NCBI GenBank assembly: GCA_965655095.1
Contig: OZ296656.1
Coordinates: forward strand, 13,330,001 to 13,394,000
Direction of reading: 5' to 3'
DNA: 64,000 bases
Source of the DNA: Haplodiscus bocki
Lineage: Eukaryota
The stretch's first letter is position 1. Each line of letters starts with the position of its first letter. The translations under genes were made by a program, and so were the position numbers. The notes beneath the pieces are model-generated. The model had not been told where the DNA came from, did not search any database, and saw only the letters and a program-made list of their open reading frames with translations. Below, piece after piece: positions 52,712-64,000 of the stretch.

Positions 52712-53658
52712 TCAATTGGATATCGGTAAAAGTTTGAAAAGGTCTGGTGGAGGCTTTGTGTGATCGAGAAGCATATCAACATTTGCATTAGGGTTGTAGC
52801 ATAGCTTGAGATTCCGAACTTTGAGATGAGACTTATCGACGCCAAGACGATGCAGGTTGTAGCGAGCAGAGAGAAGGGCTTTTTCCAAGATTCGGTTTTC
52901 CGGAGTACAGTCTTCCTTGACAAAGTAGCTGGTATCCTTGAGATTCTTCGCCTTAGCTCGAGCAAGGTCAGTGTGCCAGGAGTGTTGGAAGGTAACCACA
53001 ATGGGGCGCGGCTTTGTGTGTGAAGCGTTGTATTTCCCTCGACGGTGGAAGTGCGCGATGTTGTAGGTTTTAGCCTCTAGCAGATCAAGAACATTGTCAA
53101 TCTTGTCTTTTTCAGCAGCATTACGAACTGCTTTTGAAGAGCCAGCGGTTTCAGGGACGCCAAGAATCAAGAGGTTGTGAGAGATGTCGTAGTTCAATGA
53201 ATGTTGTGCGGCAGAAGGTGTGGTGTTCTGGGAATTGAGTGTTTGTGAGCAATCTACCAAAGGACGGGGGGAGAGCCAGAGACTCCGCCATCCACGGGCT
53301 GAGGAGCAGTAGAAGAAAGAGAACAGTTTTCAACTTTATAATCAAGTTTCTGGATTGAGTCACTGATCGTTGAAAGGTTGTCACAGATATTACGCAGAGA
53401 ATGCTTGACATAAATAGATGAACGTAATTCAGCAACAGCAAGTTTCAGCAAATAAGAAAGGTCGCCTTTAACAGCAGTATTACAATATTTTTGTAACGAC
53501 TCATCTGTATAAGAAAGAAGTTGTTGAAGGGTGGGGCAGTAGTCCCTCTGGAAAGAGGTAACCTCCACGCGCTCCAGGCACTCCTCGACCGACGGTAGAC
53601 GAACACGAGTTGCGGGTTGTGGGCCAGATAGTGCATCATTATCCAACTCCAGCGACAT
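52712..53658 (-). CDS. L2 ORF1 (coiled coil + RRM-like), one -1 frameshift at the C6 run near 53266-53271
   Basis: NLLILGVPE...HRRGKY..KPRPIVVTF...FVKEDCT is typical of LINE ORF1. Adding one C to the homopolymer joins ORFs 53254-53658 and 52712-53260. Confidence 0.75.
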
Positions 53659-55127
53659 AGCATCGGAAACTATTTAATAAGTTTATCACAACAATTAGGC
53701 TAAGTACGGGCTAAGTACGGGCAACGAACGAACGAAACCTGAAATTCCATTAACATCATGAGTTCTAGCGTTCTACAAGTCATTTAGAGCAAAGGTCAAT
53801 TAAGAATCAACATCGGTCACTTGAAGAGCATGGGTCGGTTTGGAGCACTAAAAATCTAAGTATGGTCCATGGTCGCTTCCGACTACAAAGTTCGTTGCAC
53901 TTGACAAGAAAACAATCCCGAGCTGAAACCACACCCACTCACACAAAACAAAAAGCTACGCCGTAAATTTACACCGGAATGTTACGTCATGTGCACTACA
54001 ATGCCCACAACACAAGAAGTTGTTGGAATGCTCAAAAAGACGGGTGTACACGTCAGTTGCAATTATTCTAAAATCAGTGAGAATGAGACACGTAAAATCT
54101 CATTGAGAACAGATAATACAAATGTGACAATCAGGCGACAGCCATTTCCGCCATGTTCATCCAAAGTTCCGGCTGAGAGCCGACTATATTGAGTTGATTG
54201 AGATTGAGTCTGCCGCCAAACATCTCTAAAGCTCAATTAACCGGTGCAGTTATAATATTGTCCCAGAAGCTGCTTCATGATTCAAAAACAAGATTTCACA
54301 AACTCAACAAAGAGGCGCAATTGCAATCCGACACTTTCCGCCAGAGGGGAGCAAAAAAGACTGCTCGAACATACAACAAATCAATTTCACAAAAATCCAT
54401 GATTGATAAAAAAAATCTCGACGCCGGAAGATTCGAAGCCGATAGCTTTAGAGAATTATGGGTTTGAAAATCGACAAATTAAGAAAATTAATTAGACCTT
54501 TTCGCGTTTTCGGCCTATTATATTCCATTTGGGCCAACAAAAAAATTCATTATAGGAGTCACTTAAAAGTATAACGTCAATTCAGAACTTGATAGAAATC
54601 AAATCCGCAGTTTTTGAGGAGGATGAGTTGGAAAATGGAGATACCTCTATCCTAGAAGCACCTTTGCCGCTGTTGGTCAATTAAGATTCCAATTCGGATG
54701 TAGAATTTTCAAGATAAATAGAAACGAGTACTCCACCTCGAGCAAAAAGCTATCAATTGACACTTGATGCAACAATGAAACAGGTAGAGGTACAGGAAAA
54801 CCAGTCTATTTTAATGAATCTCATCAAGAACAAGAATTTACAGGCCAGTCTGGTCCGCAGGAGTTAACTCCACGGAGGACAAACAATGACTTTCAATTCA
54901 ACACGAAAAGAAAGTTTATAGAGAGCTTGATAGAAACCAACACGGTTAGTATCAGGCAAGACGAGGTTGAAAAACGTGAGGAGCTAATAAAAGAAAACAT
55001 TTCTGGCCTTTTGAACTATCAAGATTCCAATGCTAAAACGGGGTTGATTGTTATTCACACCAATAAACCACAAAAGGAAGAAACCTTCCATTTGCAACCT
55101 TGCCTAATTGTTGTGAACTTATTAAAT

Positions 55128-55615
55128 TTTTTTTTTTAAATTTCAATAAAATTTATTTTGATTGATTTCAAAGTACAATTACAATTCAACTAAATCAAAA
55201 ATTGGACAGTTCAACTGAAATTAATGGGTAATGCCACTAATTCCTTCTCTCAGGAGCTTCAAGACATATAGAACACTTCTTCCAGACTCCTGGGCGTCGT
55301 CTCGAAGGGTCCCAGTCACGCATGATAAGTTAAACTGTTGCACGGCCACTAACACGCGTTGATGAAAAAAAGTTTTGGAGCGGGGTTCTCTGTTGTCAAT
55401 AATTTTCTTTGCCAGGCAATTGAAAAAAGTTTCTGTTTGAGTTCCGTAATTTCCTTGGACGTCGATAGGCGATTGGTTGGAAAATATATCCCCGCTCCTC
55501 GATATTTGCATATTTCAAGGTTTTTCGGGTTTCAGCCTCGGTTGAAAAGCTTCCCTGCTGTTGCGCTCTGTTCGGGGCAAGGGAATCCACGAAAGTCACG
55601 TCCCAAACCAACTTA
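55128..55615 (-). mobile_element. 3' fragment of a third CRE-like RLE element with poly(A)
   Basis: VWDVTFVDSLA...AETRKTLKY...FQPIAIDVQG...FHQRVLVAVQQFN..CVTGTL; A10 tail at 55128-55137. Confidence 0.75.
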
Positions 55616-55641
55616 TTAAATAGTTTCCGGTATGAAATGAC

Positions 55642-58560
55642 ATGATGAGCACATGGTCGTGTGGAGCTTGCAATAAATCAGTAACAGAGAGACAAGGGTC
55701 CATTCTATGCATTACCTGCGAATATTGGTTCCACAAAAAATGCACCAACCTGACAACCAAAGAAATCAAAAACCTTGAAAATCAAAACTGGACTTTTATT
55801 GAATGCTTAGAACGCCAATGTCCTCGCCTAGTGTACCCTAAGAGTCCTGGCCACATCTCGTCGAATGGACCAGGCAGTACAATAATCGAGGGTGGGGACA
55901 AAGATGACGGGGAACATGGAGACTCGCCGATGACATGCTGCTGGCACCTCACCATGTTCCATTGAAGACAGCAATCCCGACAGGTTCTGGACAAACCTTA
56001 GCTATTCATCCCACCAGAAACTGAACAAGATCTACGAGGAAATCGTACACTGGAAACCCATATTCTTCAACATCTTCAGAAAAAAAACTGGCGAAATCTT
56101 CCTGAAATGTCTGAAGACATTTCAACCCCTTGCAGAAAACACAAACCACCATGAAATGTCAATGAAGGCCGCAAAGGTACTCCCCCACCTAATTCCAGTT
56201 TGAACCACCGACCGACGTGACGGATCCGTTGATAAGTTTCTGCAAAAACGGCTACAACTCTGAAAAAATGGAGTTTCTGACAAATTTTCTGAAGAGAGCC
56301 ATTCACTACAGAAACGAATTAGAACGAAACGAAAACCACCTTCTGATGAGACGAAAGAATTCAACAGACAAATGAAGTCAAGAAAGGAAGCAAACGCCAT
56401 ACGCACACTCCAAAATGAGCAAAACGGTGGTGTCCTTGACCTACCAGAAAAAATCAACGGCGAAACCGTCTTGCAAATCCTCAAATCGAAATCCGTCGTC
56501 TCAACCGTACGATCCTGCCCCTTATCGTGGATGACTGGACAAAAACACTACCATACCACCCTTCAATATCCGACAGAACCGATGCACACGCCAAACGCAG
56601 GGCTACCTTTAAAACCAGTGGCGGCCACGGACCATTCGGAGTTGATGCCTTGAAATGGTGCTGGCATCTAACGGCTTTTGGAAGTCGCTCGGAATCCCTT
56701 TGCCGAACAGTAGCAAAAATAGCTGTAAGACTCCCGACTGAGGAACAAGATCCAACGAATGTGCAAGCTTACAACGCGTGTTGACTAAAACCTCTAGACA
56801 AGTGTCCCGGTGTTCGTCCAATCGGTGTTGGGAAGTACTTCGGCGGGTAATTGGTAGAACAATTGTATCCTGCATAGAGACAGATTTAAAACAACTCGTT
56901 GGAAACTAGCAGCTCTGCATGGAACAACGTTGTGGCATTGAACAGGCTATTCACTCACTGAGAGCACATTTTGTCGAAAATGAAGCTGTCCTTCTGATTG
57001 ATGCAACAAACGCTTTCAACCTCCTTAATCGCAAACTAGAGCTAAAAAACATAAAGACCATTTGCCCGGTTCTTTTTATTGCGGTAAAAAACTCATATTC
57101 ATCGCTATCGCCGCTTTATATGAACGGAACAACACTATGGTCAGAAGAAGATACCAGGCAAGGTGACCCGCTTGCAATGTGAATGTACGGAGTGGCAATC
57201 CTCCCCCTGATACAGAAAATCTCAAAGGTGAACGTAATCCGCAAATGGTACGCAGATGGAAATGCGTGTGGACGGATATCCGACCTATATGAAACGTTCA
57301 GGGCTCTGAAAAACCGAAGGCCCAAGATATGGATGCTTCGTCAACGCCCCCAAAACGCCAAGTGATAGTGGACAAAGAAAAAATGGACCTCACCCTGGAG
57401 ACTTTTGCGGATCAAACGTGCAAAGAACGCTCGGAACCAGAGTACTCGGCTGAGTCATAGGCACCCAAGAACCATGCGACGAAATCCTTGACAACAAAAG
57501 CACAGAGCAGAAAAAACTGCTATCAAAACTAGGAGACATCGCTAAAATGAAACCGGAAAAAGCGCATGCGTGCCTTACCAAAGGGGTGAAACACAAAGTG
57601 AACTTCTTTACCCGGACAACACCTTCCTCTTCAGTCTTTTAGAAACATTGGAAGCAATAATCAGAGAAAGCATCATTCCGGCGGCAACCTCAAGAAGAGA
57701 ACCCTTACTAAAAGACAGGGAAATATTCTCACTGCCACTCAAGTCAGGAGGACTAGGCATAGACTGCCCAGGAAACCATCACGACGACTACGAACTGTCA
57801 AAGAAGTTATCCGAGCCACTGGAAGACAAAGATCCTCTGACTGCAGAACTCTGGCAGAAGCGCAACCTCGATGATCTATTAAACGCGAGGAAGAAAATCG
57901 CTGAGAAAATTTCAAACATTAAAAGTGTCCTGAGCACTGAGCAGAGACATGCACTCGAAAGAGCATCGCAGAAAGGAGCATCGGCCTGGCTGAATGTACT
58001 CCCGCTGAAGCGATACGGATTTCAATTAAATAAATCTGAATTCCGGGACAATCTCAGCCTTATATATAAATGGAATCCAAAAAACGCCCCGTTCAACTGC
58101 TCATGCGGAGAGATTTTCAGTGTGACTCATGCCTTGGACTGCCCTAAAGGCGGCTACTCAATCTTCAACCCGCCAGCGACGAGCTGCCCCGAAACCATAC
58201 AAGACTTCTACAAATACCACGAAGAACTCAAAAAACTCAAGTATGAACAGAGGATTAGAGACGTCGAGAACAGCACTTTCAACACCCTCGTGTTTTCGTC
58301 AACTGAAGGCGCAGGTCCTTCGGCGGGTAAAATCATGAAACGACTGGCCCAGAAAATTTCCGAGAAAAAGGAAGAAAAATACTCCGATGTCATGTCATTC
58401 ATCCGGACGAAAATAGGTTTTGCACTATTGAAGAGCTCCTTTCTGTGTATCAGAGGATGCAGAGCCCTTAAATCGACAAACACCATAGAAAACGCAAACT
58501 TCTGCATTCTGGCCGAAAGTCAAATCGACTAAAGCTCAATAAGTTGCTACAACACATTTT
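55642..58560 (+). mobile_element. Degenerate CRE-like RLE retrotransposon with N-terminal PHD finger
   Basis: PHD CGAC..CITC..FHKKC..W; YEEIVHWKP; GVRPIGVG; DATNAFNLLNR; QGDPLAM; WYADG; HALDCPKGG; YEQRI..VE..TF. The RLE core appears partly deleted. Confidence 0.82.
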
Positions 58561-60933
58561 ATACATTCCAATATTCTTTAGATTCGTCCTTTTAATGACA
58601 ACCGCCTGGAGCCAAGATATAAATTCTATCTTTTTCCGTTTAGAACCTTCCCAGAACTCTGCATATGAAAACAATTAAATCTGCATAGGAAACCTATAAT
58701 TGTAAACAGCATTTAGGGACTCTACGACAATCAGGTTTCCAACGCAAGGAGCGAATTAACCAGTCTCAAAGACCTTGATTCTAGAGAAATTTTCAAGGAG
58801 GATTCGAAATCAATGGTGGTCCAGAACCTTGAGTTAAAAAATGGAAAGAATGTCAAAAGTTTTCGCCGTTCCCTGGCAATTTTGAAAAAGCTAAGATCCG
58901 AAGCATGGAACAAGATCCAAAACATTCACATCCAAAAGCCCCGTGGAAGGGAAACCTGTCGATATAAACAATGAAAACAAAATGTCTGTAGTTAAGGGGA
59001 AGACGAGTTTGAACTTCGTGGTAATCTGGATTTAGAAAATTCCTGAGCACTTTCGGACAGTCAGGATTCTGATGCAGACAACGGAAATGATTTTTTCACT
59101 GGTAGACCTCCCTACAAAAAGATAAGCTCCGGTTGAGGCCTTTATGAGAAATATCAATCCTCTTATCACGAATAGGAGTTACTCTCACGATGAATTAGTG
59201 TTCGAATTCCAAAAAATTATGGAAGTGGGAATTTTGAATGAATGAATAACAGATGTAAAGCAAAAGTTGCAATAAAAATGTGAAAGTTCCAGCTGGTACT
59301 TTGATGGGAGAAATTGAGCCTGTGACTGCGGAAAATTTTGATTTGGACCATGGAGATAAACCAAGTTTAATCAAGCATTACAAAATTTGAAGGTAATCAG
59401 TAGTTTGTGCAGGAATCAAAATTAGTGAATTTTGTGGTAGAACTTCTCCTGCTTTTGTAAATCTTTTGAATGAAGTTTCGAAGGAACAAATGATACATGT
59501 GGCTATGGATAACTATGAGTTTGAATATTGTTTGAAAACCAAAAAATTTGAAGTCTTCGGGAAAGCCAAGTTCTGAGGCATTGCACAAAACGGACAAAAA
59601 CACTTTCGAATGCTTGAACACAAGTTGAAAGCTTCGAATGAAGTTTCAGTGTAAAAAGTCAAAAAAGTTGTTATGGAGAGCAAAACAGTTCAAAAAGGAA
59701 GAGTCTTGGATTTTAAAAGCTTTTCCTTCTCGCATTATTGGTCTTTCAGATTCTTAAAGGACAGAAAAAAAGGAAGATTTTTTCGAAATGAAAACTTCGG
59801 TAAATTTGAAGTCATACGATTGAGCTATAGTCTAACGAATTGAACCTTTTATTTTCATGAAAGAAAAATGAGTTGGGACACCACGGAGGGTCAAGAAAAG
59901 TTGCGGTCTTTCGCAATCCCTCAATGTCGGGACCACTGATCGATATATTCCAGCCGAAAAACCTTTTATAATTTTTTAGTGTTTTTTACATCGGACAAAC
60001 TATAATGTTGACAAAAACTGATGCCGAAAAGGGGCAAAAAATGATCACCTAATTACACCCACAGGTGGTCTTTCAAACGGGTTAAAAAAATTGAATTTTT
60101 CAAAAATTTTTGATGAATTCAAGACTTTTTTCATTTTTTTTTGAAATTGGAAAAAAAAATTGTTCATCACGTCGAAGTGAAGTTAATTTATGTGGACGAG
60201 ACGGTCATTGTCTAGAAAAATTTATTGGGACAAATTTCTGCAATATTGTTGAAAACAATGATGTGGTAACGAGTTGCAGAAAAAATGTAGAAAACATAAT
60301 CAGCTGCCAGATTTGAGCCCACTAACTTTGACCTCCTGACTGCAAAAGGCACCTCGCTCATATGTAAGGCAGAGAACATCAACGGATCTTCAAACAGTTG
60401 ACGCGTCAAGGCAGAATCCGGAAAGAAACCTCCGACTACTTTTTTGAAAGCTTGCCTTTCGAGTCTTTTTTCGACAAAAGAAACAAGGCCGCAATCTTAT
60501 GTATTCTTATTTGAAATGTCATAGTTCTCTTTTTATCGAATGAAAAGTTCCTCTTTTTTCGTAGTTGTTTGAATTCGCAAAAACACGACAACAGCATGTA
60601 TATTGTGTCTGCGTACTGCAAAGTAATCAACATTTTTTTGCCCAAAGATTTGCACCGCAAACTTAAACTGCATTTTTGACAAAGAGTCTAATGTTTTTTG
60701 TTCTGCCACTGATAAAGAAAGTGTAATTTAAATAAAACCGTTCTACACAAATTGATCTTCTGGGCACGTAGAATGCAATTTTGACAGACGTGTATCATGT
60801 TTTTTGCCACAGTCCGGAAAAACATCCTTACTCATAATTCAAAAAAATCGTTTTGCCAAAAAGGTTCCCTGTGACAGATGGGACGAGGCTTTGACAACGC
60901 CTGCAAAAAAAAGTTTTAAACACTTTCTTCAGG

Positions 60934-61237
60934 TGTGAGTTTATGTTTTTCACCATTGGATACAGCAGTTTATTGGCGAGCGGACAAGATTCTTGGATGC
61001 ATGGATCACAATCCTTTTTGGTTAGTTGAGAGAACTTTTCAATGATTTTATTATTACTCTTCTGAGCTGTTGATTTTGAGATCAGCTCTCATCAATATTA
61101 AATAGGCATTATGAATAAATAATTTGGATAGTTTAAAATGTTGAAGTGGTTTAAAGTTTATTAAAACGTCAAGGAATTCTGAGTCTAAGTTTCAAGTTCA
61201 TCTGTCCTCAACTAAGGCAATGTTTCAGTACATGACA
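60934..61237 (-). repeat. 3' LTR of right-hand env element
   Basis: On the minus strand, polypurine tract GAAGGGAGAAAG is directly followed by TGTCATGTAC. AATAAA near 60970; ends ...CACA at 60934 (end inferred). Confidence 0.65.
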
Positions 61238-61654
61238 CTTTCTCCCTTCAAGACACTTCCGGCCTGTGGAAAAAGGAACATCATCCGGTTGGAGGAATCC
61301 AGCGTCGATGTTGGTTGAAATGTCTGAAACGCCCAAGTTGAGTTGATGGAGAGACAGAATGGACCCGATGAATTCCCAGATAAGTAGATAGAAAAGTTGA
61401 AGAAAAGCCAGTACAAGTTTTCCAATTGCTCAAAACTTGTCATGTGATCGTAGTTGTTGTGCCAGTCCCAGAGTGTTTTTTCGTCTCGTCTTGTGGTGTT
61501 TTTTTAGCCAGAAATTTACTACATTTATCTTTTAAATGTTACAGCAAACATTTTGATAACAGTGCATGTTTTGATTTTAATGATTTCAATTAATGATTAA
61601 CATGAGACGTCAAGTCAATCATGCGGGGGTTTCTTCTTTTTGCTCGATAGTTGT

Positions 61655-64000
61655 TTAGTGCCCTTCCTGGTGGGGCTCTGTTTTTTTCTTGAAAAAATGG
61701 TCATCATTAATGTAGGCAGGTTCAGGAGCAGAAAATGAAGATGACGCTGCTTGCTGATGAAATTCAGGGATAATCTTTTTTGGGGGAAGAGGTAAGATCT
61801 CAGCAGTTTTTTCATTTTGAAGGAGCAAATGATAATGTTTCGACAATTTTTCAGAAACTGCTGGTGAACTTTCATGAGGGACATGAAGTACCGGTTTGAT
61901 TGCATTCTTTTTGACTGCCTTTTTCGGAAAGATACGATCTTTAAGGTTGAAATGGTGATAAACATACATGAAAACAAGATGTATCACAGTGGAAACTATG
62001 AAAACAGTCACTGTCAAGGTAAAAGACACCTTGAAAGGAACATACTGGTTAAACTCGCGGGTAAGTGAGGGTTTCAAAAGTTTCATATCCTGTGCAAACG
62101 GGCGTGCTATTTCTACCAATTGATTGAATTAGCGGACTCTTGGACTGCTTATAAGTTTCTTTCTCACTGCTTTTAAAAGTGTCACTCCTGCTTGTGCTTT
62201 CGATGTATATAAGGGTAGGTCGTCTAACGGGGGGACTTGCATGATCAATGATTCAAGCGGGTCCGGCAGAGACAATCGTAACTTAATGGCCGGAATGGTT
62301 GAACATGAAGCAAGATCAGATCTTATGATGATATGCCCCGTGTGGATTTGCATGCCACACGCGAGGGTGATGATGCAAATATGGCAACCAACAAATGATC
62401 TTGATGAATTTGATGTTGCTAATGACGATGATTCGCGGAAAGTGAAATCAGCATTGGCAGATGTAATGAGCCAGATACCAAAACCGAGATTTGTAGCTAG
62501 TTCAATACTAAGTAAGGTGATAGCAGTAGTTTCACAAACAGCTAAAGCATCAATAGGACTACAAAAATACAATGTTGCAATGCAAGAAGGGTGTCCTATC
62601 TGCGTTGGGAAAGTTTCGGAGCAAATTCGGTACTTCGACGAAGCGAGACAGTGCTCAAACTGTTCCTCAGATAAGACGGACGATTCAAGTTTGTTTTCAG
62701 AAGGAGCTAAATATGGAGCTTCTATGTTCCAAGTAAGAGCCGTCTGAGGGTCTTCCGTAAAAGGAATCAGAATAAGTTTTGCTTCAAAAAGTGTAAAAAC
62801 AGTTTGCTGCGAAGCAAGCGGTATGTTAAAGGTCAATAGGAGTCCTCCTGATACCGTATTAGCGTCAGCGAGCAAGCGAGAATCATAATAGGACAAAAGA
62901 TCACTCGCCGGTATAGCAAGAGTGAGGCGATCCTCGGCCTTTGATTGCAGAAGACTGACACTATCCATGATCGCTAGCAGCGACTCCATAGGAATAAGCG
63001 ACATCGACAAATGTCCTTTAAGCAAAACAGGAATCGAATTTAAAATGTTCATGCGAAAAGCGAACAAAGCAGAACGGTAGCCTTTCACGCTGGCATGAAT
63101 CATTGAAAGTAAAGAAAAAAAGTATCAAAATTGAAGTTAAGTTGCTGGTTAGCGAATAAAAGTTGGTCGCAGTCACGTAAAATATGAAAATTTTGCTCAT
63201 AAACAGCCAATTGTTCTTGAATGATGACACAATTCTTGCCTTGGGTCGAGGCCATTTCGGATTGGATTGCGTTAGCAGCCGCTAGTTCTTTTTCTTTTCA
63301 ATAAGAAAGCACTTTTCATCCGTGTTAGTGATGAATTCGGTATCGTAGTCGGTAAGATTGTTCTGAAAATCAGCAAGGCGGCGTATATTTTCAGCATTTG
63401 CTTTTGATTGGTCTTGGCAGTTTCCAAAAAATCCACGTAAACCACATGAATCGGAACTACCTACACCAAGTCCCCCACCGAAAAGTCCAACAGCGGCAAG
63501 GGCAGCTAGGTCTACACCGGCACCAGTGCCGCGACGTTGGCGAGTAGACTTAGTAGGCTGAAGTGGCTTGAGGAACATAGCCGTTTCGTTACGATTAAGC
63601 GCAAGATCTAGTTGCGCTGCTGATAATTCATTATCAATCTGGTATAACATCCAATAGACGTTAAATCCAGAGTGTTGGTGGCGAATTGGCTGGAAAAATT
63701 CAAAGGGCAAAAGAGGGAAGGGGATTCCCACATAAGCGAAAGCTGTTGAATCATTTTTTCAATGTCCGGCTTCATCGTAAAGTCATAAGTCGGAAACGGA
63801 ACTAGAAACTCGACTCGAATAAATTTTTCTGTCAGTAAGATTTTACTGACTTCATTGAATAAAATCCCTTTTTCAATAAGATCGTCGGGAATTGAAGCGG
63901 CTTCGATGTTAGAAGCCCAATCACTTCGAACAGAAGCAGGAGTGAAGAGCGTGAAAAAAATTAGAAGCACGTTTCCAGGTTTAAAGGGTGTTGACTCAGA
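61655..64000 (-). pseudogene. F-type (class I) envelope glycoprotein of an LTR retroelement, frameshifted; element extends beyond window
   Basis: Hydrophobic signal LLIFFTLFTPASVRS; furin site RQRR followed by Gly/Ala fusion peptide GTGAGVDLAALAAVGLFGGGLG; heptad repeat; GHLSMSLIPMESL...LLSYY...FNIPL...FTLFEA motif of baculovirus-F/gypsy env; Cys-rich region; TM VSFTLTVTVFIVSTVIHLVFMYVY; PPT and LTR downstream. Confidence 0.82.

Larger units (their letters stand above)
49867..53725 (-). mobile_element. Near full-length L2-clade LINE (ORF1 + APE-RT ORF2, 3' stem-loop, (GAT)n tail)
   Basis: APE motifs (ITETW, GGGVG, VYRPP, GDFNIH, TLDL, DHF), RT motifs (GVPQGSTLGP, YADDTQL) and L2-type C-terminus HITPFIHQLHWLKV. 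Tail catcatcatc at 49867-49882. 5' boundary approximate. Confidence 0.9.

Noticed and set aside
56343-56356. Hammerhead-like CTGATGAG..GAAA
   Set aside because: No stem II or flanking stems, and it lies within CRE coding sequence.
58700-59400. Possible Gypsy gag/pol remnant (VPAGTLMGEIEPV)
   Set aside because: Too decayed; no catalytic motifs or LTRs to support a call.

Overview
This is AT-rich, transposon-dense animal genomic DNA, not prokaryotic. It has GT-AG splicing and animal-type genes; an acoel-like invertebrate is only my guess from repeat style. Three host genes lie on the minus strand: a 14-3-3 gene (42102-42878), a two-exon NDUFA13/GRIM-19 gene (41048-41260 + 22922-23164) and a complete intronless cobalamin-dependent methionine synthase (26080-29868). 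The methionine synthase is nested on the same strand inside the 17.9-kb NDUFA13 intron. Mobile elements fill most of the rest. (i) A pol-deleted LTR element (9382-16322) carries a chuvirus/gB-type (class III) glycoprotein, extra ORFs downstream of env and a duplicated UUCG-capped leader hairpin. (ii) A second LTR element at the right edge carries an unrelated F-type (class I) envelope. (iii) A near-intact L2-clade LINE has no ORF2 start codon; ORF2 follows the ORF1 stop in frame as TGA-CAA-CTA, the CARYYA stop-readthrough signal. (iv) There are four CRE-like RLE retroelements, one with an N-terminal PHD finger and one with a small beta-barrel-like N-terminus. (v) The remainder includes a 9-bp-TSD foldback MITE, Helitron/Helentron-like repeats, a 25-bp minisatellite and a 3.25-kb tandem duplication. 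All family assignments come from motif recognition by eye; no database searches were run.
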